Part shown: one piece after another, positions 12,411 through 22,600 of the stretch
How positions within the stretch are numbered: position 1 is the stretch's first letter
Layout of the letters: each line of letters opens with the position of its first letter
Source of the DNA: Chlorokybus atmophyticus
Lineage: Eukaryota > Plantae > Mesostigma and Chlorokybus algae
Assembly (NCBI GenBank): GCA_009103225.1
Contig: RHPI01002204.1
Coordinates: 124,001 to 188,000 of the forward strand
DNA length: 64,000 bases
Direction: 5' to 3'
Notes under the pieces: generated by a model
Told to the model about the DNA's origin: nothing
The model's database searches: none
Seen by the model: only the letters and a program-made list of their open reading frames with translations
Translations under genes and position numbers: made by a program

Positions 12411-15400
12411 TCAAACACAGATGCCAAGTCCTGCACAACAAGTCTTGAACTTGAGTGGTGACAATGGCTTTGTCATGAAGTCCGCCAGCATGCGTTCGGT
12501 GTTGCAGTACTGGAACTCCACCTCCTTCCTTGTGACTCTGTCACGCACAAAGTGATGCATGACATCAATGTGCTTCGTCCTTGCCGAGGCGATAGGGTGC
12601 TTCAACAACTTGATGGCTCCTTGGTTGTCACAGTTGATGACGATGCACGCCATGGGGTGCTCCAAGTCTGCCATGAGCTTGCGAAGCCAGAGTGCCTCCT
12701 TCACTGCTGCTGCCGCTGCCATGTACTCAGCCTCTGATGTAGATGCTGCTGTTGTTGGCTGCAGCCTGCTGTTCCAGCTCACCACGCCTCCGTTCAGCTT
12801 GAAGACGTAGCCTGTAGTGGACCTCCTGCTGTTGAGGTCACCAGCAAAGTCCGAGTCGCAGTAGCCCTCCAACTCAGTGCTCTCGCTCCCAAAGTTGATG
12901 CCAACTGTTGCGCTCCCAACATAGCGTAGTACGCCCTTTGCTGCTCTCCAGTGCTCCATGCTCGGTGCAGACATGTAGCGAGCAAGTACTCCCACAGCAT
13001 GTGCAACATCGGGACGTGTGCACACTGCCAGATAGAGCATGCTGCCTACCAGCTCACCATATGGATACTGAGCCTTGTCGAGTACCTCCTCATCCTTTGC
13101 CTTGATGAGGGCAGTGCCAAGTGCCAACGGTGTGGTCTTGGTCTTCGCTTCAGTGAGCCCAAACTTGGTGACGAGTCTTCTCACCATCTGCTCCTGACTG
13201 ATCTTGATTGTGCGAGCCGCCCTGTCGCGCTCAATCACCATGCCAAGGAACCACTTGGCCTCTCCAAGATCACGAACTGAGAATGCTTGCTGTAGAGCAA
13301 GTTTCGTCTCCTGCAGGTGGTGCACCTGCCTGGCGGTGATGATGATATCATCAACATACACGAGCAGCCAGACCTTGTTGTCTGCATGGATGAAGAGCCC
13401 AGGGTCTGCAGAGGATGCGGTGAAGCCAAGTGCCTCCAGCTCCTTGGTGAGCTTGATGTGCCACATACGCGGTGCCTGTCGCAGCCCGTACAGTGCCTTG
13501 ATCAGCTTGCACGCTGTGCCTCTCTCCCCTTCTTCATATCCAGGTGGTTGCTCGATGAAGATCTCCTCCTCCAGCTCTCCGTAGAGGAAGGCAGTCTTCA
13601 CATCCAGGTGATGCAGCTCTAGGTCTTCAGCAGCAACCATAGCTAGCAGTGCACGGAAGGTGGTATGCTTACTTGCAGGTGCAAACACTTCGTTGAAGTC
13701 CACACCTTCCTGCTGCAAGAAGCCCTTTGCCACCAGTCTTGCCTTGTAGCGCTCAATGTTGCCCTGACCATCACGCTTCACCTTGAAGACCCATTTCACT
13801 GGAATGGTCTTCACTCCTTGCGGTAACTGCTCCAGTGACCAAGTGTTGTTGGCATGGAGTGACGCAATCTCCTCGTCCATAGCACGCTGCCATTGCTCCG
13901 CATCTGGTGCTAACAATGCCTCCTCGTAGGTGCTTGGCTCCTCATTCTGCACACTGGCGACGTGTGCCTTGTGTAGGAAGTCAGGTGCCTTTCTCTCCCT
14001 CACTGGGTATCTCCGAGCTGCGTGCTCCTGCTGCAGGTGCGACTGCTTGTCTGCTACAGTGGAGTCCTGCTCACCCTTATCGTCGATGATGGCCTTGCCT
14101 GTAGCCTCCACTGTTTCAGGATGCTCCGGCTGTGCTTCATCTTCAGGAAAGAAGCCTGCTTCTGGTTGTGATAATCCCTCGTGGAAAACCACCTCTCTGC
14201 TCACGATGATCTTCTGAGTGTCCTCGAGCAAGATCCTGTAAGCCTTGGAACCCGGTTCATAGCCAACGAAGATGCCCTTCTTGCTGACCGGCTCCAGCTT
14301 GTGCCTGAGCTGTTTAGGCACTAGTGCATATGCCGTGCATCCAAACACACGCATACCACTCACATCTGGTGTGGCTCCATAGAAGTGCTCCCACGGAGTC
14401 TTCTGCTCTGAGCTCACCGGAGACCTGTTGCGGATGTAGTTGGCAGTGAGTACCGCCTCCTTCCACAAACTGTCTTCCATCTTTGTGTCGTTGAGCATGG
14501 CTCGAACACGCTCCAAGAGTGTCCTGTTGAGGCGTTCAGCTGCTCCATTCTGCTGCGGGGTGTAGGGTGCCGTTGTCTCGTGGCGTATGCCCTTGCTGGC
14601 GAAGAACTCCTTCAACTCCTTGTTGATGTACTCCCCTCCTCGATCACTCCTCATTGCCTTCATCTTGTTGCCAGACTGGGTCTCCAACAAGGCCACAACT
14701 GTGCGCACAGCTCCAGCAACTTCTGACTTGAGCGTCAATGGAAAGATGATGGACAGCTTGCTGTAGTCGTCGAGGAATGTAGCAAAGTACCTGGCCCCTC
14801 CCTTCGCCACAATGCGCATAGGGCCACAGACATCCATGTGCACAAGCTCGCAAGGATGCTGACTGCTAGAAGAGGATGATGGGAATGGCATAGCATGCTG
14901 CTTTGCAACCAGGCATGGTTCACAAAGTGCACCTGATGCTGTCTTGAGTTCTTCTGTGCTGAGATGGATGCCCTTGACCATCTTCTCAGCGACAAGGCGA
15001 GTGAGGTTGACGTAGCTGAGATGCCCGAACCTTCGATGCCACAATGTTGGCGACTCCTTGTCCTTCACCACCATGGCTTGAATGTCTCTGTCTTGAGGCT
15101 GCTCCACGTGGTAGAGCCCTCCCGGATCAGCGATTCCAACCATGTGCACGACCCCATCAAGGATGACTGAGCAGCCACCCTTCCGAAATAGGATCTCCGC
15201 GCCTAAGCGCTCCGCAACCCTCACAGAGAATAGACTCGCAATAGCCTTAGGAACATGCAGGACGTTGCGTAACAACACCTCGCGTAGTGTGTTACCAACC
15301 TTGCACTGGAGTCGTACGTTGCCAACTCCCTCAGCCACCAGTACTTCGCCACCGAAGCCCGCCACCTTGATTGTGGACGTCAGCTTCCTGTAGCCCTCCA

Positions 15401-16058
15401 TCACCTCCTTGTTTGGTGTGAGATGACGATCGCAGCCAGAGTCCACCACCCAGAAAGCTGTGCCCGCCCTCGAACTGGATGCAGTGAAGGCGACATGTTT
15501 CTCCTTGTGTTGGTGCTCGTTGCCGCTGTTGCTGGTGCTTGCTCTAGGTTGCCCCTGTTGTTTCTTCCTACAGTCCTTCACAATGTGCCCCTTCCAACCA
15601 CACCAGTGGCATGTGAGGTCTTTGTGACGAGGATTGCCTGGCTTGTTGCCCTTGTACTTCTCTTCATGGTTGCTCTTCTTTGCGTGCTTGCCGGTGTAGA
15701 AGGCGACGGCATCCGCTTGCTCGTCCTTCTTCACAACCCTCTGCTCCACGGTGAGCAGCTTCGGTAGCACATCGTCCAACGTCAACTCCGATGATGACGT
15801 CTCCAGCAGGGTTGCGACGACCTCGTACTCTGCTGGTAGCCCTGCAACAATGGCCAGCACTACCTCCGTCTCCCCCATGTTGTGGCCGACGTTGATGAGG
15901 TCCGCCCACAGCTCTCTCGCGCGCGCAACATACTTTGTGATGGGTTCTGCTGCCTCCTTCCTGAGTGTGCTGAGCTGCTTGCGTAGATGCAACTTTCTGG
16001 CATTGTTCTTGGCTCTGAAAACGGCTGATAGCTTTTCCCAAGCTTGTCTACCATCTTC
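12411..16058 (-). CDS. gag-pol: A2 gag-pol, open from the N-junction to the RNase H stop (5' truncated)
   Basis: 1193-aa ORF nearly identical to A3: CHWCGWKGHIVKDC knuckle, VVDSGC protease, integrase, YVDD RT, RNase H. Confidence 0.92.
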   Translation of the reverse strand, partial: EDGRQAWEKLSAVFRAKNNARKLHLRKQLSTLRKEAAEPITKYVARARELWADLINVGHNMGETEVVLAIVAGLPAEYEVVATLLETSSSELTLDDVLPKLLTVEQRVVKKDEQADAVAFYTGKHAKKSNHEEKYKGNKPGNPRHKDLTCHWCGWKGHIVKDCRKKQQGQPRASTSNSGNEHQHKEKHVAFTASSSRAGTAFWVVDSGCDRHLTPNKEVMEGYRKLTSTIKVAGFGGEVLVAEGVGNVRLQCKVGNTLREVLLRNVLHVPKAIASLFSVRVAERLGAEILFRKGGCSVILDGVVHMVGIADPGGLYHVEQPQDRDIQAMVVKDKESPTLWHRRFGHLSYVNLTRLVAEKMVKGIHLSTEELKTASGALCEPCLVAKQHAMPFPSSSSSSQHPCELVHMDVCGPMRIVAKGGARYFATFLDDYSKLSIIFPLTLKSEVAGAVRTVVALLETQSGNKMKAMRSDRGGEYINKELKEFFASKGIRHETTAPYTPQQNGAAERLNRTLLERVRAMLNDTKMEDSLWKEAVLTANYIRNRSPVSSEQKTPWEHFYGATPDVSGMRVFGCTAYALVPKQLRHKLEPVSKKGIFVGYEPGSKAYRILLEDTQKIIVSREVVFHEGLSQPEAGFFPEDEAQPEHPETVEATGKAIIDDKGEQDSTVADKQSHLQQEHAARRYPVRERKAPDFLHKAHVASVQNEEPSTYEEALLAPDAEQWQRAMDEEIASLHANNTWSLEQLPQGVKTIPVKWVFKVKRDGQGNIERYKARLVAKGFLQQEGVDFNEVFAPASKHTTFRALLAMVAAEDLELHHLDVKTAFLYGELEEEIFIEQPPGYEEGERGTACKLIKALYGLRQAPRMWHIKLTKELEALGFTASSADPGLFIHADNKVWLLVYVDDIIITARQVHHLQETKLALQQAFSVRDLGEAKWFLGMVIERDRAARTIKISQEQMVRRLVTKFGLTEAKTKTTPLALGTALIKAKDEEVLDKAQYPYGELVGSMLYLAVCTRPDVAHAVGVLARYMSAPSMEHWRAAKGVLRYVGSATVGINFGSESTELEGYCDSDFAGDLNSRRSTTGYVFKLNGGVVSWNSRLQPTTAASTSEAEYMAAAAAVKEALWLRKLMADLEHPMACIVINCDNQGAIKLLKHPIASARTKHIDVMHHFVRDRVTRKEVEFQYCNTERMLADFMTKPLSPLKFKTCCAGLGICV

Positions 16059-16059
16059 N

Positions 16060-16464
16060 CAACCACAGCCGCAAGCATGGACGGCTTGAAGTTCACAATT
16101 GAACCACTGGACGTTGACAACTACAACATATGAAGCGTGAAGATGGAGCTACTACTGGCCCACAAGGAGCTGTGGAAGTATGTGGATCCAGCGGAGGGAG
16201 TCCCTGTAGGCGAAGCGAGTGTCTGGGCAAAACAAGGGAGAAAAGCTTTGTCTTTGATAGGTTTGCACATGGCTGATCATCACCTGGTGCTGGTGAAGGA
16301 GTGCAAGAGTGCACATGAGCTTTGGACGAAGTTGGATAGCCACTTCAAGTCGCGCAACATGGCGAGGAGACTGCAGCTCAGGCAGGAGCTCAACTCATTG
16401 CGCAAGGAGAGCGGGGAGCCCATTGTCAAGTTCATGGCGCGAGCGAAGGCGTTGTAGAGGGACT
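16060..16464 (+). repeat. Copy of the C1 gag segment 19215-19619, including the GGACT/LTR-A junction
   Basis: ORF translations at 16137 and 19292 are identical (offset 3155) with the same stop codons. Begins right after the N. Confidence 0.9.
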
Positions 16465-16684
16465 TGTTGAAGGACTAGCATGCACATGTAGTTGAGGCAA
16501 GCATGGATGCACAGAGACAGAGCTACCGCCACCAGAGCATACACAGGTCACATCACATTCATCTATTACAAGTTGTCCGCTGGTTCTTATACCAGCCAGT
16601 TACACACACGTCTACGTTTGCAAGCACTGCGTAAGCTGTACTCAGCCTTTTGCGCGCTCTAAGCTGCGTTGTCTTTCTTACAAC

Positions 16685-18478
16685 CAGAGCTTTCCAACAA
16701 GCTCTTACACGCTTAATATGAGTAAGTATACGCGGAGATACGAAGCAGTTAGTAAGGCTCCAGTCTGGAGTCCGGAGTCTGGTCCGACGATGCCATCTTG
16801 CTAAGTCCGGACCTAGTGCTCGTCCTTACGACCTTCTACTCCTGTGTGGAGGGTCGATGCTGATCGTATGTAGAAATACTCTCAACAAACACTGCATTAT
16901 TCAGTCTGTGCCTGCGGCCACCTGTTCGACAAGCCCTATCCAAATGCTGAGCTCGTTGTGCAAGACGAAAACTTCGTGCGCTCTAGCTACCGGCAGCGCG
17001 AGAAGGAGCGCAAGGCCATAGCAAACGAACAGTGCCCAGACTGCAGTCAGAAACGCAAGGAAGGCACGAGCTTCTACTACCTCCCTCTCAGGCCCAAGTT
17101 GCAGCTCATGTTGGGCGTGCCAACCATCTGTCATCAATGGCTCTAGGCCTGGCTGCACCGGGAGCGGTGGCTTGACAAAGATCCAGCAGTACCTCCTGCC
17201 AGTCAACATGAAGTCTGGGATGGAGCTCGTATGAGGGAGATCTCCAACTTCTTCAAACCCAAGAAGACCTACTGGCTGCCAGTCAGATGCAAGCACTGCC
17301 AGACAGTTCACGGACCAGGTCACCACTTCACTGAAGGCGACAGTGATGATGGGCCGCAGTGGAGGTTTCGGTGTCGCACCTGCGAGCAGGTCACCTGTCC
17401 TTTTCAGCATATGGCTTGCGGTGACCTGAGGAACCTCATCTTCATTGGCCACTGGGACGGCTTTACCACAGCCAGCACCAGCCCCCGCAACACGCTGGTG
17501 ATCAACGTAGCCATCTTGAACGGAGGCAAGTTGAGCGCGCATTCGTCTTCGGTTCTTCCTGTGTGTTTTGTGCCCAAAGATCAGAGCTTTCCAACAAGCT
17601 CTTACACGCCTAATATGAGTAAGTATACGCGGAGATACGAAGCAGTTAGTAAGGCTCCAGTCTGGAGTCCGGAGTCTGGTCCGACGATGCCATCTTGCTA
17701 AGTCCGGACCTAGTGCTCGTCCTTACGACCTTCTACTCCTGTGTGGAGGGTCGATGCTGATCGTATGTAGAAATACTCTCAACAAACACTGCATTATTCA
17801 GTCTGTGCCTGCGGCCACCTGTTCGACAAGCCCTATCCAAATGCTGAGCTCGTTGTGCAAGACGAAAACTTCGTGCGCTCTAGCTACCGGCAGCGCGAGA
17901 AGGAGCGCAAGGCCATAGCAAACGAACAGTGCCCAGACTGCAGTCAGAAACGCAAGGAAGGCACGAGCTTCTACTACCTCCCTCTCAGGCCCAAGTTGCA
18001 GCTCATGTTGGGCGTGCCAACCATCTGTCATCAATGGCTCTAGGCCTGGCTGCACCGGGAGCGGTGGCTTGACAAAGATCCAGCAGTACCTCCTGCCAGT
18101 CAACATGAAGTCTGGGATGGAGCTCGTATGAGGGAGATCTCCAACTTCTTCAACCCCAAGAAGACCTACTGGCTGCCAGTCAGATGCGAGCACTGCCAGA
18201 CAGTTCACAGACCAGGCCACCACTTCACTGAAGGCGACAGTGATGATGGGCCGCAGTGGAGGTTTCGGTGTCGCACCTGCGAGCAGGTCACCTGTCCTTT
18301 TCAGCATATGGCTTGCGGTGACCCGAGGAACCTCATCTTCATTGGCCACTGGGACGGCTTTACCACAGCCAGCACCAGCCCCCGCAACACGCTGGTGATC
18401 AACGTAGCCATCTTGAACGGAGGCAAGTTGAGCGCGCATTCGTCTTCGGTTCTTCCTGTGTGTTTTGTGCCCAAAGAT
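16685..18478. repeat. 897-bp tandem duplication (last ~200 bp of the A2 LTR plus transposase segment)
   Basis: Units 16685-17581 and 17582-18478. CAG microhomology at the junction. About 5 substitutions between copies. Confidence 0.92.
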
Positions 18479-18686
18479 CAGCTTCCCAAGGGGGTTAACA
18501 ACATGGACCCCTTTCTGAAGCCACTTATAGACGAGCTCGAATCACTGCTGCTTGAGGGCTTCACCTGCAGTTACGCCCTCCCCACCTCTGAAGTTTGCCC
18601 TGACCTGCACTCTCAAGCAGCCGGTGCTACCACGCGCTTGCGTGCAATGCTGCTCATCTGGGTTGGTGATCACCCAGCCCAGTGTC
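16888..18686 (+). pseudogene. tnpD: CACTA transposase part 2, catalytic core (first part duplicated)
   Basis: CACGHLF..CPDC..FYYLPLRPKLQ, then GHWDGF..DPFLKPLIDELESL..LIWVGDHPAQC, typical of Transposase_21-like proteins. In-frame TAG at 17144-17146 and 18041-18043. Confidence 0.9.
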
Positions 18687-19231
18687 TGTTGAAGGTATCA
18701 CATGGGTGATGCTTGTATCCGGTCAGCTTGCCCTCTACACAAGAGTCGAGAGTCGAAGGTATGGGCTGAGCACGTGGACTCCGGACTTAGCAAGATGGTC
18801 GAGCCAGGACGGACTCCGGACCAGATGCTGAGTAGAGCGTTGGGAGAAGCCGCGTAGCTTTGTGGATACGTAAGCTTAGCAGGCGTGGCTTAGCTTGTTG
18901 GAAAGCTCTAGTCGTGAGCTAAACAGCGCAACTTAGAGCGCGTTGAAAGGCTGAGTATTGCGCACGCGGTGCTTACAAATGTAGACGTGTGTAGAAACTG
19001 GCGGGGTATAAAACCCCTGGACTTGTATGGCATTAATGGCAGTAGCAGTCATGCTCTTGTGTTGATGTTGTTGGCGTGTCACTTGCACGTGTGTATGTCA
19101 ACAGGTTATGGGCCCACACATGCTTGTGTAGGTTGATGGAGTGTGTTACGATTGTGTGAGTAGCTGTAGTTGCTTGGTGTGGAGTAGGTTGTAAGGTCTG
19201 CAAGTAGCAGAGGGCAACCACAGCCGCAAGC

Positions 19232-19619
19232 ATGGACGGCTTGAAGTTCACAATTGAACCACTGGACGTTGACAACTACAACATATGAAGCGTGAAGATG
19301 GAGCTACTACTGGCCCACAAGGAGCTGTGGAAGTATGTGGATCCAGCGGAGGGAGTCCCTGTAGGCGAAGCGAGTGTCTGGGCAAAACAAGGGAGAAAAG
19401 CTTTGTCTTTGATAGGTTTGCACATGGCTGATCATCACCTGGTGCTGGTGAAGGAGTGCAAGAGTGCACATGAGCTTTGGACGAAGTTGGATAGCCACTT
19501 CAAGTCGCGCAACATGGCGAGGAGACTGCAGCTCAGGCAGGAGCTCAACTCATTGCGCAAGGAGAGCGGGGAGCCCATTGTCAAGTTCATGGCGCGAGCG
19601 AAGGCGTTGTAGAGGGACT
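19232..19619 (+). pseudogene. gag: C1 gag, N-terminal part
   Basis: MDGLKFTIEPLDVDNYNI*SVKMELLL..RQELNSLRKESGEPIVKF. Two stops where Trp is expected. Confidence 0.85.
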
Positions 19620-22600
19620 TGTTGAAGGACTAGCATGCACATGTAGTTGAGGCAAGCATGGATGCACAGAGACAGAGCTACCGCCACCAGAGCATACACA
19701 GGTCACATCACATTCATCTATTACAAGTTGTCCGCTGGTTCTTATACCAGCCAGTTACACACACGTCTACGTTTGCAAGCACTGCGTAAGCTATACTCAG
19801 CCTTTTGACGCGCTCTAAGCTGCGTTGTCTTTCTTACAACCAGAGCTTTCCAACAAGCTCTTACACGCCTAATATGAGTAAGTATACGCGGAGATACGAA
19901 GCAGTTAGTAAGGCTCCAGTCTGGAGTCCGGAGTCTGGTCCGACGATGCCATCTTGCTAAGTCCGGACCTAGTGCTCGTCCTTACGACCTTCTACTCCTG
20001 TGTGGAGGGTCGATGCTGATCGTATGTAGGAATACTCTCAACACCCCCACGCGAGCAGCTTGACCTCCAACGCTTGCTCCTGTAGTCAAACACAGATGCC
20101 AAGTCCTGCACAACAAGTCTTGAACTTGAGTGGTGACAATGGCTTTGTCATGAAGTCCGCCAGCATGCCCTCGGTGTTGCAGTACTGGAACTCCACCTCC
20201 TTCCTTGTGACTCTGTCACGCACAAAGTGATGCATGACATCAATGTGCTTCGTCCTTGCCGAGGCGATAGGGTGCTTCAACAACTTGATGGCTCCTTGGT
20301 TGTCACAGTTGATGACGATGCACGCCATGGGGTGCTCCAAGTCTGCCATGAGCTTGCGAAGCCAGAGTGCCTCCTTCACTGCTGCTGCCGCTGCCATGTA
20401 CTCAGCCTCTGATGTAGATGCTGCTGTTGTTGGCTGCAGCCTGCTGTTCCAGCTCACCACGCCTCCGTTCAGCTTGAAGACGTAGCCTGTAGTGGACCTC
20501 CTGCTGTTGAGGTCACCAGCAAAGTCCGAGTCGCAGTAGCCCTCCAACTCAGTGCTCCCGCTCCCAAACTTGATGCCAACTGTTGCGCTCCCAGCAACAT
20601 AGCGTAGTACTCCCTTTGCTGCTCTCCAGTGCTCCATGCTCGGTGCAGACATGTAGCGAGCAAGTACTCCCACAGCATGTGCAACATCGGGACGTGTGCA
20701 CACTGCCAGATAGAGCATGCTGCCTACCAGCTCACCATATGGATACTGAGCCTTGTCGAGTACCTCCTCATCCTTTGCCTTGATGAGGGCAGTGCCAAGT
20801 GCCAACGGTGTGGTCTTGGTCTTCGCTTCAGTGAGCCCAAACTTGGTGACGAGTCTTCTCACCATCTGCTCCTGACTGATCTTGATTGTGCGAGCCGCCC
20901 TGTCGCGCTCAATCACCATGCCAAGGAACCACTTGGCCTCTCCAAGATCACGAACTGAGAATGCTTGCTGTAGAGCAAGTTTCGTCTCCTGCAGGTGGTG
21001 CACCTGCCTGGCGGTGATGATGATATCATCAACATACACGAGCAGCCAGACCTTGTTGTCTGCATGGATGAAGAGCCCAGGGTCTGCAGAGGATGCGGTG
21101 AAGCCAAGTGCCTCCAGCTCCTTGGTGAGCTTGATGTGCCACATACGCGGTGCCTGTCGCAGCCCGTACAGTGCCTTGATCAGCTTGCACGCTGTGCCTC
21201 TCTCCCCTTCTTCATATCCAGGTGGTTGCTCGATGAAGATCTCCTCCTCCAGCTCTCCGTAGAGGAAGGCAGTCTTCACATCCAGGTGATGCAGCTCTAG
21301 GTCTTCAGCAGCAACCATAGCTAGCAGTGCACGGAAGGTGGTATGCTTACTTGCAGGTGCAAACACTTCGTTGAAGTCCACACCTTCCTGCTGCAAGAAG
21401 CCCTTTGCCACCAGTCTTGCCTTGTAGCGCTCAATGTTGCCCTGACCATCACGCTTCACCTTGAAGACCCATTTCACTGGAATGGTCTTCACTCCTTGCG
21501 GTAACTGCTCCAGTGACCAAGTGTTGTTGGCATGGAGTGACGCAATCTCCTCGTCCATAGCACGCTGCCATTGCTCCGCATCTGGTGCTAACAATGCCTC
21601 CTCGTAGGTGCTTGGCTCCTCATTCTGCACACTGGCGACGTGTGCCTTGTGTAGGAAGTCAGGTGCCTTTCTCTCCCTCACTGGGTATCTCCGAGCTGCG
21701 TGCTCCTGCTGCAGGTGCGACTGCTTGTCTGCTACAGTGGAGTCCTGCTCACCCTTATCGTCGATGATGGCCTTGCCTGTAGCCTCCACTGTTTCAGGAT
21801 GCTCCGGCTGTGCTTCATCTTCAGGAAAGAAGCCTGCTTCTGGTTGTGATAATCCCTCGTGGAAAACCACCTCTCTGCTCACGATGATCTTCTGAGTGTC
21901 CTCGAGCAAGATCCTGTAAGCCTTGGAACCCGGTTCATAGCCAACGAAGATGCCCTTCTTGCTGACCGGCTCCAGCTTGTGCCTGAGCTGTTTAGGCACT
22001 AGTGCATATGCCGTGCATCCAAACACACGCATACCACTCACATCTGGTGTGGCTCCATAGAAGTGCTCCCACGGAGTCTTCTGCTCTGAGCTCACCGGAG
22101 ACCTGTTGCGGATGTAGTTGGCAGTGAGTACCGCCTCCTTCCACAAACTGTCTTCCATCTTTGTGTCGTTGAGCATGGCTCGAACACGCTCCAAGAGTGT
22201 CCTGTTGAGGCGTTCAGCTGCTCCATTCTGCTGCGGGGTGTAGGGTGCCGTTGTCTCGTGGCGTATGCCCTTGCTGGCGAAGAACTCCTTCAACTCCTTG
22301 TTGATGTACTCCCCTCCTCGATCACTCCTCATTGCCTTCATCTTGTTGCCAGACTGGGTCTCCAACAAGGCCACAACTGTGCGCACAGCTCCAGCAACTT
22401 CTGACTTGAGCGTCAATGGAAAGATGATGGACAGCTTGCTGTAGTCGTCGAGGAATGTAGCAAAGTACCTGGCCCCTCCCTTCGCCACAATGCGCATAGG
22501 GCCACAGACATCCATGTGCACAAGCTCGCAAGGATGCTGACTGCTAGAAGAGGATGATGGGAATGGCATAGCATGCTGCTTTGCAACCAGGCATGGTTCA

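Larger units (their letters stand above)
11943..16887 (-). mobile_element. Copia A2; its 5' end is replaced after the N at 16059
   Basis: LTRs 11943-12368 and 16465-16887. TSD AACAC at 11938-11942 and 16888-16892. No PBS in front of the right LTR. Confidence 0.9.
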
